A stretch of DNA of 64,000 nucleotides from an uncultured delta proteobacterium (GTDB lineage: Bacteria > Desulfobacterota > Binatia > UBA9968). Where the stretch lies: positions 140,632-204,631 of the forward strand of contig CAVUVW010000010.1 in the NCBI GenBank assembly GCA_963745035.1. The letters run 5' to 3'. How positions within the stretch are numbered: the stretch's first letter is position 1; each line of letters starts with the position of its first letter. This document shows positions 1 to 9,141 of this stretch, piece after piece. Both the position numbers and the translations under genes were made by a program. The notes below the pieces were generated by a model, which was not told where the DNA came from, made no database searches, and was given only the letters and a program-made list of their open reading frames with translations.

Positions 1-558
1 GCGCTTTTCGCGCCGCTGTACCTGCAAAATGTTTTGGGCGTTTCCGCGCTCGCGGCCGGGATCATTCTCGCGGTCCTGCCGCTGTCTACCGCGTTGGCGT
101 CGCCGCTCAGCGGCCGCCTGGCCGATCGCTACGCGGCGCCCGCGGTCGGCGCCGCGGGATTGGCGATGATCGTCGCGGGCATCGCCTTCTACGCTCTTTT
201 GGCCACGGACAGCTCTCTGTGGATGGCGGCCGCCGCGCTGGCGCTGCTCGGCGCCGGCATTGGATTTTTCACGCCGGCAAATCAGAAAAGCGCGTTTGCC
301 GCCATCGAGCGCGAGGACTACGGCATTCTCGCGGCGATGTTGAGCTCCTTCGCCACCGCCGCCGGCGCCATCGGCACCACGCTCACCGTCGCGGTGATGG
401 AAGCCGCCGCGGGAGGGCAGCTTTGGCTGCGCCCGGAGGTGTTCACCGGCGCGCAGCGCTTTGCGTTTGCTTGTCTGGCGCCCATCGGGGTGCTGGCTCT
501 GGTAATCACCGTCAGGCGGCGGCCAGACGCTACGACCGACGCGGCGCGACGGAAGTAA
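1..558 (+). CDS. MFS transporter, C-terminal part (truncated by window edge)
   Basis: Hydrophobic helices and MFS loop motif 'SGRLADRYAAP'; the frame is open from the window start. Confidence 0.85.
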   Translation, partial: ALFAPLYLQNVLGVSALAAGIILAVLPLSTALASPLSGRLADRYAAPAVGAAGLAMIVAGIAFYALLATDSSLWMAAAALALLGAGIGFFTPANQKSAFAAIEREDYGILAAMLSSFATAAGAIGTTLTVAVMEAAAGGQLWLRPEVFTGAQRFAFACLAPIGVLALVITVRRRPDATTDAARRK

Positions 559-595
559 TGTTCGGCGCGCGCTCGCGCGCGACGCGGGTGATACC

Positions 596-795
596 ATGGT
601 CATCGATTTTCAACATCATTACATGCCGGTGGAGTTGGCGAAAAAGCGCGGGCTTTACTCCGAGACTGGCAGGACCATGCTGCAAGAGAGGGCGGCTTGC
701 CGGCCACGATGCACCAGCGTCTGTACGATCTCGACTTGCAGCTCCGCGATAGTGGAAGATTCTCGGGGGCACTGCCGCGGAGCTGCCGCGCATCT
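596..795 (+). pseudogene. N-terminal remnant of an amidohydrolase_2-family gene
   Basis: 'MVIDFQHHYMP' fits the amidohydrolase metal-binding start. It continues in another frame ('TMHQRLYDLDLQLRD') and ends at a repeat-element fragment near 800. Confidence 0.55.
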
Positions 796-799
796 AGTT

Positions 800-835
800 G
801 GCTACTGAAAAAGATCCATATGCTTCATTGGGCTC
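800..835. repeat. Degenerate left-end copy of the MITE-like element at 63045-63172
   Basis: GGCTACTGAAAAAGATCCATATGCTTCATTGGGCTC matches GGCTGCTGAAAAAGACCCATAGGCTTCCTTGCGCTC (63048-63083) at about 31/36 positions. Confidence 0.6.
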
Positions 836-880
836 AGAGCGGCAGTGGACGTTCATCCGGTCCGGCGGCGACCGCGCCGG

Positions 881-1471
881 CTACTGCTTGGCGGGTTTGG
901 TGAGACTGGCCTCCACATAGCCGGGCTTGTTGCCGCGCTTGGATTGGACTTTGAGCCAGCCCTTGCTCTCTTCGACGACGTTGAGTTTTGTTCCCTTTGA
1001 GATATCCGCAATCACGGGATAGTGAAGTCCCGGGCCGCCTCTAACCTGGGTATCCGTCAACGCTTCGTACCGGCCGGCTACATCGGTGGCTCTTTTGTCT
1101 TTTTCCGCTCGCTCGTCCTTGCCGGGCTCAGGGTCGCTCTCGGCCGCCTCGCCGGTCCAAGGGTTGACCGAAGCCATTTCGATGTAGCCCGGCGCGTTGC
1201 CCTTTTTGGATACGATCAGCACCCATTCGCCGTCCCTTCCGACGACATTTACTTTTGCGTCGGCGCCGATTTCCGCGATGGCGCGAAATTGAGTCCCCGG
1301 TCCGCTCCGAACTTTCGTTTTTGAAGTGGTGACGTAGGCGCGAGTCTGTTCGTTGAGATCGGGGAGCTCCGCGGGGTCTGCCTTTTTTTCTGCGCGGTCG
1401 CAGGCGAAAACGCTCAGCGCGACCAAGAAGATCCCTATCCAACCTGCCGGCTTACCCTGGCATCGCTTCAT
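881..1471 (-). CDS. Lipoprotein with two bacterial SH3 domains
   Basis: Lipobox-like 'VFAC'; two repeats 'VRSGPGTQF...GEW...GYI' and 'VRGGPGLHY...GWL...GYV'. Confidence 0.85.
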   Translation of the reverse strand: MKRCQGKPAGWIGIFLVALSVFACDRAEKKADPAELPDLNEQTRAYVTTSKTKVRSGPGTQFRAIAEIGADAKVNVVGRDGEWVLIVSKKGNAPGYIEMASVNPWTGEAAESDPEPGKDERAEKDKRATDVAGRYEALTDTQVRGGPGLHYPVIADISKGTKLNVVEESKGWLKVQSKRGNKPGYVEASLTKPAKQ

Positions 1472-1633
1472 TACGGCCTCCTATTCTTGTTCTTGACGAT
1501 TGGGCAGGGATTATATCACGCGTTGCGGATTCTTTGGACTTTTCGCCGGAGTTCCAGCGGAGGACTTCGCATGGCATTGCAGTGATTTTGCGACACAATC
1601 CCGGCGCGCGAAGGAGCGCCAGCGCAACTTCGC

Positions 1634-2053
1634 TCAATGGATCTCTTTCCACACTTTGGCAAGGCTGTCGCCGTAGACGCGCAGGTCCCACGCGCAAAAA
1701 TAGCCGAAGGGCGTGGTCCACACCTGGTAGCCGCCTTCGCGCAGGCGGCCAGCGAGATCCTCGATGAACGAAGCGGCAAAGGCCGGTTCGGCGCTCGCGC
1801 CGCCAAGATGGGCGAAGGAGTGCAGCACGATGTTCTTCAACGACCGCTTGTTGGCGAGCCACTTGATATGCTTGACGGACTGGCGCAGGACCGCAGGCGA
1901 GCGCGCCGCGGCCGCGTCTCCAGCTTCGGCGTGGATAAAGGCGATCACCGCCTCCTCGACTTCCCGGTCGATCTCCTGATCGGCAACGTCGGGAAGAGTT
2001 TTGCTGTGGGCTTGCCAGCGAAAACGTTTGGCCTGGAAGCAGAGGAGCTTCAT
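1634..2053 (-). CDS. Stand-alone archaeal-type threonyl-tRNA synthetase editing domain protein
   Basis: 'LHSFAHL', 'PFGYFCAW' and 'GDSLAKVWKEI' correspond to the archaeal ThrRS editing-domain motifs (YPFAHL, PFGYYKAF, GHPLAELSR). Confidence 0.75.
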   Translation of the reverse strand: MKLLCFQAKRFRWQAHSKTLPDVADQEIDREVEEAVIAFIHAEAGDAAAARSPAVLRQSVKHIKWLANKRSLKNIVLHSFAHLGGASAEPAFAASFIEDLAGRLREGGYQVWTTPFGYFCAWDLRVYGDSLAKVWKEIH

Positions 2054-2063
2054 AGCCCGGGGA

Positions 2064-2630
2064 TCAATAATGAGTGAGGAAGTTTTTGAGTATCTTTTTG
2101 CCTTCTTCGTTGAGGATCGATTCGGGATGGAACTGCACGCCTTCCACCGCGAAGGTCTTGTGGCGCACCGCCATCACCACTCCGTCAGCGGTTTGGGCGC
2201 TCACGATCAGGTCCGCCGGCAAGCTCTTGGGATCGATCACCAGGGAGTGATAGCGCATGGCGCCGAAGGGATTTTTCACTTCGCGGAAAATCGTCTGCGC
2301 ATCGTGGGTTACGTTGGAGAGTTTGCCGTGCATGATCGACGGCGCGCGCACGATATTGGCGCCGAAGGCGGCGCCGATCGATTGGTGACCTAAACAGACG
2401 CCGAGGATGGGCAGGCGCGGCGCGAAGCGGCGGATGGCGTCGCACGAGATGCCGGCCTCTTTGGGCGTGCAGGGACCGGGCGAGATGACGATCCTTTCCG
2501 GCCCGAGCGCGTCAATCTCGTCCAAAGTGATCTTGTCGTTGCGATACACTTTCACTTCGGCGCCGAGCTCGCCGAGATAGTGAAAGAGGTTGTAGGTGAA
2601 AGAGTCGTAGTTGTCGATCAGCAGGATCAT
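2064..2630 (-). CDS. trpG: Anthranilate synthase component II (glutamine amidotransferase)
   Basis: 'LLIDNYDSFTYN', 'GVCLGHQ', 'QFHPES'; ATGA overlap with the trpE stop. Confidence 0.93.
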   Translation of the reverse strand: MILLIDNYDSFTYNLFHYLGELGAEVKVYRNDKITLDEIDALGPERIVISPGPCTPKEAGISCDAIRRFAPRLPILGVCLGHQSIGAAFGANIVRAPSIMHGKLSNVTHDAQTIFREVKNPFGAMRYHSLVIDPKSLPADLIVSAQTADGVVMAVRHKTFAVEGVQFHPESILNEEGKKILKNFLTHY

Positions 2631-4114
2631 CGTTTCCTCCACTGCTCGGCCAACTCGACCGCCTTCAGCATGGCGCGCGCCTTGTTCAGGGTCTCCTGGT
2701 ACTCCATCTTCGGGTCGGAATCGGCGACGATGCCAGCGCCGGCGGTGATGTAGACTTTCCTGCCTTTCATGATGATGGTGCGAATGACGATGCAGGTGTC
2801 GAGATTGCCGTTGTACCCGAAGTAGCCGATGGCCCCGGCGTAGAGCCCACGCTTGTGCGGTTCGAGCTCGGCGACGATCTGCATGGCGCGGATCTTCGGC
2901 GCGCCGGACACGGTGCCGGCGGGGAAGGCCGAGACGAAAAGATCCAAAGGCGACTTGTCCGGCGCGAGCTTGCCGCGGACGTTGGAGACGATGTGAATCA
3001 CGTGCGAGTAGCGCTCGATCGCCATCAATTCGTTGACCTCGACGGTGCCGATCTGCGCCACGCGGCCGACGTCGTTGCGCCCGAGATCCACGAGCATGAT
3101 GTGCTCGGCCCGCTCCTTGGGATCGGCGAGCAGGTCCGCTTCGAGCTCGCGCTCCTCTTCAGGCGTCGCGCCGCGCCGCCGCGTTCCCGCGATCGGCCGG
3201 AGCTCGATGGTATCGCCGGTGAGCCGCACCATGGTCTCGGGCGAAGAGCCGATGAGCCGTAGGTCTTCCAGTTCCAGGTAGAACATGTAGGGAGACGGGT
3301 TGATAAAGCGCAGGGCGCGGTAGATCTCGAAAGCATCGGTCGGTGTTTCGGTTTCGAGCCGCTGGGCGAGCACCACCTGAATAATATCGCCGGCCTCGAT
3401 GTATGCCTTGGCCCGATGGACGATCTTTTCGAAGCCCGCCTGGGTCAAATTCGAACGATATTTTCGCCGCCCTACGGCTTGGGCGAGATCGCGCGGCTCG
3501 ATCCCGCGCGGCTTTTTTTGCAGGGTCGAAATCACCGCGCGGATGCGCTTGACGGCCGCGTCGTAGGCGCGGCGCAAGTCGGTCCGGTCATCGAGGTGGA
3601 CGTTGTCGATCACTTTGATCGTGTGCTTGAAATTGTCGAAGGCGACCAGAGTCTGCACGAAAAGGAAGAATATTTCCGGCAAGCCGAGGGGGTCCGGCTG
3701 GCTGCCGGCGATATCGTGAAACTGCTCGACGGCGTTGTACGAAACGTAGCCGAGCGCGCCGCCGAAAAACGGCGGCACCCCCGGCACCGCCACCGGCCGA
3801 TATCCTTGGAGCAAGTTCTCCAGGATCTTGAGCGGCGCATCCGCGGTGAGCTTTTCTGACTTGCCGCGCTCGATGATCTCCACCTGCTTGCCGCGCGCCT
3901 TGAAAATCCGCTGTGGGCGCGTTCCGAGAAAGGAATAGCGCGCCCAGCGCTCGCTGCCTTCGACGCTTTCGAGCAGAAACGAATAGCGATCGCGCTCGAG
4001 ACGCTTGAAAAAAGACAACGGGGTTTCCAGATCCATCAGCAATTCCTGATACACCGGGATCAGATTTCCCTGCTTGGCCAAGCCGCGGAATTCTTCGTAG
4101 CTAGGTTGAATCAT
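2627..4114 (-). CDS. trpE: Anthranilate synthase component I
   Basis: 'LLES' feedback motif, 'NPSPYM', 'KERAEHIMLVDLGRND', 'PAGTVSGAPK'; preceded by a Trp attenuator. Confidence 0.95.
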   Translation of the reverse strand: MIQPSYEEFRGLAKQGNLIPVYQELLMDLETPLSFFKRLERDRYSFLLESVEGSERWARYSFLGTRPQRIFKARGKQVEIIERGKSEKLTADAPLKILENLLQGYRPVAVPGVPPFFGGALGYVSYNAVEQFHDIAGSQPDPLGLPEIFFLFVQTLVAFDNFKHTIKVIDNVHLDDRTDLRRAYDAAVKRIRAVISTLQKKPRGIEPRDLAQAVGRRKYRSNLTQAGFEKIVHRAKAYIEAGDIIQVVLAQRLETETPTDAFEIYRALRFINPSPYMFYLELEDLRLIGSSPETMVRLTGDTIELRPIAGTRRRGATPEEERELEADLLADPKERAEHIMLVDLGRNDVGRVAQIGTVEVNELMAIERYSHVIHIVSNVRGKLAPDKSPLDLFVSAFPAGTVSGAPKIRAMQIVAELEPHKRGLYAGAIGYFGYNGNLDTCIVIRTIIMKGRKVYITAGAGIVADSDPKMEYQETLNKARAMLKAVELAEQWRKR

Positions 4115-4118
4115 CTTG

Positions 4119-4157
4119 AAAAAATAAAAAAGGCCATAAGTTTATCACCTATGGCCT
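4119..4157 (-). terminator. Intrinsic terminator (attenuator) upstream of trpE
   Basis: Minus strand AGGCCATAGG-TGATAAA-CTTATGGCCT followed by TTTTTATTTTTT. Confidence 0.85.
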
Positions 4158-4183
4158 CGATCTTGTTGAAATTATGTGGATAA

Positions 4184-4264
4184 TTAGCCACGGTGAAGAC
4201 GCTGTTTGATGCGCCGCCACCGCCAGGCAAAGGAAAGAGGTGAAACCGTCACTCGTTCGGGCAT
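4184..4264 (-). CDS. trpL: trp leader peptide MPERVTVSPLSFAWRWRRIKQRLHRG
   Basis: 26-aa ORF with W-R-W just upstream of the terminator. Its 3' end TCACCGTGGCT can pair with GGCCATAGGTGA in the terminator 5' arm (antiterminator). Confidence 0.75.
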   Translation of the reverse strand: MPERVTVSPLSFAWRWRRIKQRLHRG

Positions 4265-4467
4265 GGCGGCATATTGCCGTATTGCGGTTTGGTGGTCAAG
4301 CGCGGTGCACGCTTCGCGGCCCGGGAAACGGCGCTTTGCTCGGCAAAGCGGGTTTTGATTTCGTTTTTCTTCATGGTTTTCGCCCATACAGTGCTGCGCT
4401 CTCGGCTGTCGAGAGTATTCCGCGCAAGCCTAAAGGCGGCGATTTCTCTTGATCTCGGCGCCTGCAT

Positions 4468-4496
4468 TTGACATGTAAATACCGCTGGGTTAGCTT
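4468..4496 (+). promoter_or_regulatory. Putative sigma70 promoter for the IclR gene
   Basis: TTGACA-N17-TAGCTT. Confidence 0.45.
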
Positions 4497-4570
4497 AAAA
4501 CGCTTTTTTGGAATTGTCCTCTACGATCCGGAAAGCGCGTTGATGCTTGTCCGACTACAGGGAGGAAAAC

Positions 4571-5350
4571 ATGGTTCGGCGCGAGAAGTCCAACTACGTC
4601 ATTCAGTCCGTTTCACATGCACTCGATGTGCTGGAACAGTTCTACGGCAACGTCGATGAGATCGGCGTGACCGAGTTGAGCAAGCGGCTGAAACTGCACA
4701 AGAACAACGTTTTTCGTTTGCTCGCGACGCTCGAAGCGCGGGGTTACATCGAGCAGAACAAAGTTACCGAAAACTATCGTTTGGGCCTGCGCTGCTTGCA
4801 GCTCGGGCAGACGTTTATTCATCAGATGGGCTTGTTGCTGCAGTCGCGCGCGGTGCTCGAGGAGCTGTCGAAGATGACCAACGAAAGCGCCTACGTCGCG
4901 ATTCGCAAAGGCAGCGCGATCATTCCCCTCGACTTCGTCGAGCCGGCGCGGGCGGTGCGCGTGGTTTCCTTTCTCGGCACCGTGCTGCCGCCGCACTGCA
5001 CGGCGGCGGGCAAAGCGCATCTGGTTTTCGAGGCCGAGGGAACTCCCGGCCAGAGCCTGCCGGAGCGCTTGGAACGGTTTACCGACCAGACGATCGTCGA
5101 GCGCAGCGCGCTGCGAGAGCAGATGAAGATGATCGGCGAAGCCGGCTATGCCGTCGAGCGCGGCGAGTTCGCCGAAGACGTCAACGCGGTAGCGGTGCCG
5201 GTGCGCGATTACACGCGAGCGCTCGTCGGCACTCTGGCCGTGGTCGGCCCGGCGCACCGGTTTAACGACGATGCGGTCAACAACGAGATCGCACCGGTGC
5301 TGCTGAAAGCAGGGACGGAGCTTTCCAAAAGGTTGGGCTTTCCGGGATAG
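4571..5350 (+). CDS. IclR-family transcriptional regulator
   Basis: N-terminal HTH ('IGVTELSKRLKLHKNNVFRLLATL') and 'HCTAAGKA' effector domain; GGAGG RBS. Confidence 0.95.
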   Translation: MVRREKSNYVIQSVSHALDVLEQFYGNVDEIGVTELSKRLKLHKNNVFRLLATLEARGYIEQNKVTENYRLGLRCLQLGQTFIHQMGLLLQSRAVLEELSKMTNESAYVAIRKGSAIIPLDFVEPARAVRVVSFLGTVLPPHCTAAGKAHLVFEAEGTPGQSLPERLERFTDQTIVERSALREQMKMIGEAGYAVERGEFAEDVNAVAVPVRDYTRALVGTLAVVGPAHRFNDDAVNNEIAPVLLKAGTELSKRLGFPG

Positions 5351-5482
5351 AACGTTAAGAACCTCGTTGCCGCGCAAGCTCCTTGCGAACCCCGCGGCGC
5401 GCCGTCGAGAATCGCTCACGACGGGCGATCAGGAACACGCAAACAGTCTTGAAAAGAGCGGGGGCGCTGACCTCGGCACCGG

Positions 5483-5505
5483 CCGGCGGCACGCCGCCGG
5501 TTTTT
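5483..5505 (+). terminator. Intrinsic terminator hairpin
   Basis: CCGGCGG-CACG-CCGCCGG followed by TTTTT. Confidence 0.65.
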
Positions 5506-5555
5506 GATAAGCGCTTTCTTTGCGCAGATAAGAAGGGAACGATGGGCGAGCCGCT

Positions 5556-7553
5556 ATGCTGACATTGGTCGAAAAGATCGCCTTTATCTTGCTTGCGTTC
5601 GGCTCTTTTTACTACGGCGGAACGAGATTCTACGCCGTCTATCGCGCGATTGCGCGCGGCAAACCCGACGCGCGTTTCGGCAATCTGGCCGAGCGGATTC
5701 GGCGGGCGATCTGGATCGTCCTCACGCACCAGTCGGTTTTTAAGGCCCGACCGATCGTCTCGTTCCTGCACGCGCTGATTTTCTACGGCTTCGTATTTTA
5801 TTTTCTCGTCAATCTGGTCGATGTTCTCGAAGGCTTTTTCGGCATTCACGCGCGCGGCGGAGCGTGGAATCTCTTCAACGTGCTCGCCGACCTTCTGACC
5901 GCCGGCGTGCTGATTGGCATCGTCGGCATGGTCATCCGCCGATTGATCGTCCGGCCCAAGGATTTCGAATTTCCCGCCAACGTGCCGGTCGAGCCCGAGG
6001 TGCGCGCCGGTATTTTTCGCGACTCCAGCGTCGTTGCCGGATTCATCATCTTTCACGTCGGCTGCAGGCTGCTGTTCAAGGCGACGCAGCTGGCCCAGGA
6101 AGGCGCCGATGCGTTCCAGCCGATGAGCTCGCTGTTCGCGCTGCTGTTCGCCGGGCTCGACGCCGATGGGCTGACGTTGCTGAACCATTTTTTCTGGTGG
6201 GGTGCGCTTGGCTCGATTCTCCTGTTCCTGCCGTATTTTCCGCGCTCCAAGCACATTCATCTGTTTCTCGCCCCGCTCAATTTGGCTCTAAAAAAGGACA
6301 ATCCGGGCGCGCTCCAGCCGATGGATTTCGAGAAGGAAGAAGTTTTCGGTGCCGCGAAGCTGGAAGATTTCACTTGGCCGCGCCTGCTCGATTCGTATAG
6401 CTGCATCATGTGCAACCGCTGCCAAGACGTCTGCCCCGCGACGGCCACCGGCAAGGCGCTCAGCCCGGCGGCGATCTTGATCAACGAGCGCTTCGAGCTG
6501 AACAAGATCTTTCCTTCCTTTGCCGGCGGCGCGGAGAGTCCGCGGCCGCTGCTCGACTTCGCGCTCAATGAAGAAGCGGCCTGGGCGTGCACTACGTGCA
6601 ACGCCTGCATCGAAGTCTGCCCCGTCGGCAACGAGCAGATGCTGCACATTATCGACGTGCGCCGCGAGCGCGTGCTCACGGCGGCGGAGTTTCCCAAAGG
6701 ATTGCAAAACACTTTCAATCACATGGAGCGCGCGGGCAATCCCTGGGGGATGGCGGCGGACGAGCGCATGGCTTGGGCAAAAGACCTGCCGTTTTCGGTC
6801 CCCACCTTGGCGCAAAAGCCCGACCCCGAGGTGCTCTATTGGGTCGGCTGCGCGGTGGCGTTCGATCCGCGGGCGCAAAAGATCGCCCGCAGCCTGGCCG
6901 CGATCTTCAATTCCGCCGGGGTTGATTGGGCCGTGCTCGGCAAGGACGAGAAATGCACCGGGGACACGGCACGCCGGGCCGGCAACGAATATTTGTTCGC
7001 GCAAATGGCCGAGGAAAACGTCGCCGCCTTGAACGAGGTCAAAGCCAAGACCATCGTGACCACCTGCCCGCACTGTTTTCATACGATCGCCAACGAGTAT
7101 CCGCAGTTCGGCGGCAACTACACAGTCAAGCACCACACCGACTATATCGACGAGCTGATGCGAAGCGGCAGGCTCAAGCTCGCCGCCCACGGCGCCGGCT
7201 CGGTGACCTATCACGATCCGTGCTACCTGGGGCGGCACAACGGTCTCTTCGAGCAGCCCCGTGCCTTGATTCGAAACAGCGGCGCGAAGCTGACCGAGCC
7301 CCGGCGCACTCAAAAGAACAGTTTTTGCTGCGGCGCGGGCGGCGGCCAGTTTTGGAAGGAGGAAGAGAAAGGCACCGAGCGGGTCAGCACCAATCGCTAT
7401 CGTGAGCTCAAGCAAACCGGCGCCAAGACGGTCGCCACCGGCTGTCCATTTTGCATGCGCATGATTACCGAAGAGGCTGCCAAAGAGGAGCCGGACGCCG
7501 CCATGGAAGTCCTGGATATCGCGGAAATCGTCGCCAAGCAGCTCGCCAAGTGA
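5556..7553 (+). CDS. Membrane-bound Fe-S oxidoreductase (HdrD/FadF-like: TM domain, 2x4Fe-4S, two CCG domains)
   Basis: CIMCNRCQDVCP, CTTCNACIEVCP, YWVGC, YHDPC, FCCGAGGG, CPFC. Confidence 0.9.
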   Translation: MLTLVEKIAFILLAFGSFYYGGTRFYAVYRAIARGKPDARFGNLAERIRRAIWIVLTHQSVFKARPIVSFLHALIFYGFVFYFLVNLVDVLEGFFGIHARGGAWNLFNVLADLLTAGVLIGIVGMVIRRLIVRPKDFEFPANVPVEPEVRAGIFRDSSVVAGFIIFHVGCRLLFKATQLAQEGADAFQPMSSLFALLFAGLDADGLTLLNHFFWWGALGSILLFLPYFPRSKHIHLFLAPLNLALKKDNPGALQPMDFEKEEVFGAAKLEDFTWPRLLDSYSCIMCNRCQDVCPATATGKALSPAAILINERFELNKIFPSFAGGAESPRPLLDFALNEEAAWACTTCNACIEVCPVGNEQMLHIIDVRRERVLTAAEFPKGLQNTFNHMERAGNPWGMAADERMAWAKDLPFSVPTLAQKPDPEVLYWVGCAVAFDPRAQKIARSLAAIFNSAGVDWAVLGKDEKCTGDTARRAGNEYLFAQMAEENVAALNEVKAKTIVTTCPHCFHTIANEYPQFGGNYTVKHHTDYIDELMRSGRLKLAAHGAGSVTYHDPCYLGRHNGLFEQPRALIRNSGAKLTEPRRTQKNSFCCGAGGGQFWKEEEKGTERVSTNRYRELKQTGAKTVATGCPFCMRMITEEAAKEEPDAAMEVLDIAEIVAKQLAK

Positions 7554-7555
7554 TT

Positions 7556-8020
7556 ATGTCGCGCCGTCCAGGTTTCATCTCGCTGGTGGCGGTCGCGGCC
7601 TTGGCCGCCGTTGCTTCCTGCGAAGCGCAGCCCAAGGTCACGATTGTTACTCAGGCGGGACGGTCGGTGGTTTTTCAGGTAGAGGTCGCCGATACACCGG
7701 CGAAAAGAACCCTGGGCCTGCAATACCGCAAAGAGCTGGCCGACGGTCGCGGCATGATTTTTCTGTTTCCCGCCGAAACGCAGCAGTCCTTTTGGATGAA
7801 GAACACGCCGCTTCCCCTGGACATGATTTTCATCAATGCGGAGCGAAAAATCGTCGGCATCGTCGAGCAGACGACGCCGTTCTCGTTGGATTCGCGTTCG
7901 GTTGCGGCGCCGAGCCAGTTTGTGCTCGAGATCAACGGCGGCCTGGCGAAGCGGCACGGCATTCGCCCCGGCGACAGCGTGCGCTTTGAAAACATTTCGA
8001 CGAACGGCGTCAGAGAATAA
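7556..8020 (+). CDS. DUF192 family protein
   Basis: 'EVADT..R..GL', 'GMIFLF', 'FWMKNTPLPLDMIF', 'VLEINGG'. Confidence 0.9.
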   Translation: MSRRPGFISLVAVAALAAVASCEAQPKVTIVTQAGRSVVFQVEVADTPAKRTLGLQYRKELADGRGMIFLFPAETQQSFWMKNTPLPLDMIFINAERKIVGIVEQTTPFSLDSRSVAAPSQFVLEINGGLAKRHGIRPGDSVRFENISTNGVRE

Positions 8021-8052
8021 AAAAGGGACCGGAGCGCTGGCCCCGATCCCTT
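8017..8052 (-). terminator. Intrinsic terminator between convergent genes
   Basis: Minus strand GGGATCGGGGC-CAGC-GCTCCGGTCCC followed by TTTTTTATT. Confidence 0.75.
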
Positions 8053-8073
8053 TGCATGACGCGCCTCGGCGCT

Positions 8074-9141
8074 TCAGATCTCGTGGAAGAAGTACGGCCT
8101 CACCGGCGCGAGCTTCTCCTCGTAGGAGTCCGGGTACATGAACCACAGCGACGCGGCGATGCTGCTCAGCAGCGAGTTGCCGTCCTGGGGCGTGAAGCAG
8201 GTGCCGACGATTTCTTTATCGCCGCGCATCGCCAGGCTCTGGGTCACGATCACGGTCTGATTCAAGATTCTCCCGAACATGCCGTGGTCGCGGCCGAACG
8301 AAAACACCGAAGCGGAGGATTTTTTGTGCGTGAGCGCTACCCGGGCGTTGCTCTGCAGACGGCGCATGAGCTCTTCTTTGGCGATGCCGCGGCGCAGCTT
8401 CAGGTTGAAGTGGATCGTGTGCATGTACTGCGTGTTCAGCTTCAGCGCCGAAGAATAGATGTCGAGATCCAAGCCTAGAGTCTTGAACAGGTAATGGGCG
8501 TCGCGTCCCTGGTGGGTGCCGAACTGCGGGTCGTCGTGCTTGCCCGCTTCGGGCGCCGGAATAAAATCGCCTTCCTGGCTCAGATCGTTGGCGCGGCGCA
8601 TGCACACGAAGCGGCTTTCGGCCAGATTGTCTTCTTTCTCCGGACCCAGGGCGATGGTGTCGATCAGCACCGCCAGGTTGTGCGTGTTGCAGCTCACGAC
8701 TTGGATGAATTGATCCTCGCCCTTTTGCAGCGCTCTGTCGTTGATGCCGCGCGCGTATTTTTTGCCGAAACCGTCTTCGCTGCCCTGGGCGATGAAGCCG
8801 CGGCCGTTGCCGGTGTATTTGTTGTAGAGCTTTTCCTTGTTTTCGTTGCCTACGGGAGTGCAGTCGATGATCACGCTGGCGCGTTCGATGGCTTCTTCGG
8901 CCTCGAAGCTCGGCTGCATGCCCATGTCGACGAATTTTTGCCAGCGCTCTTTGTCGACCGCGAGCCTCGCGCCTTTGCTGCACGAGGCGATGACCTTGGA
9001 GCGGTCGGCGAGCAGAGGCGTGCGTTTGTGGAAGGTCACCTCATCGATGCCGAAGGAGTCTTTGAACGTCGACAAGATGCCGACCAGCGGCTCGCCGATG
9101 GTTCCGGTGCCGACAATGTGAACGACTTTTTTTTGCGCCAT
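8074..9141 (-). CDS. Archaeal-type (type II) glyceraldehyde-3-phosphate dehydrogenase-like protein
   Basis: Rossmann 'GTGTIG', 'IIDCTP', catalytic 'VVSCNTH', 'RRAND', 'YMHTIH'. Confidence 0.7.
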   Translation of the reverse strand: MAQKKVVHIVGTGTIGEPLVGILSTFKDSFGIDEVTFHKRTPLLADRSKVIASCSKGARLAVDKERWQKFVDMGMQPSFEAEEAIERASVIIDCTPVGNENKEKLYNKYTGNGRGFIAQGSEDGFGKKYARGINDRALQKGEDQFIQVVSCNTHNLAVLIDTIALGPEKEDNLAESRFVCMRRANDLSQEGDFIPAPEAGKHDDPQFGTHQGRDAHYLFKTLGLDLDIYSSALKLNTQYMHTIHFNLKLRRGIAKEELMRRLQSNARVALTHKKSSASVFSFGRDHGMFGRILNQTVIVTQSLAMRGDKEIVGTCFTPQDGNSLLSSIAASLWFMYPDSYEEKLAPVRPYFFHEI

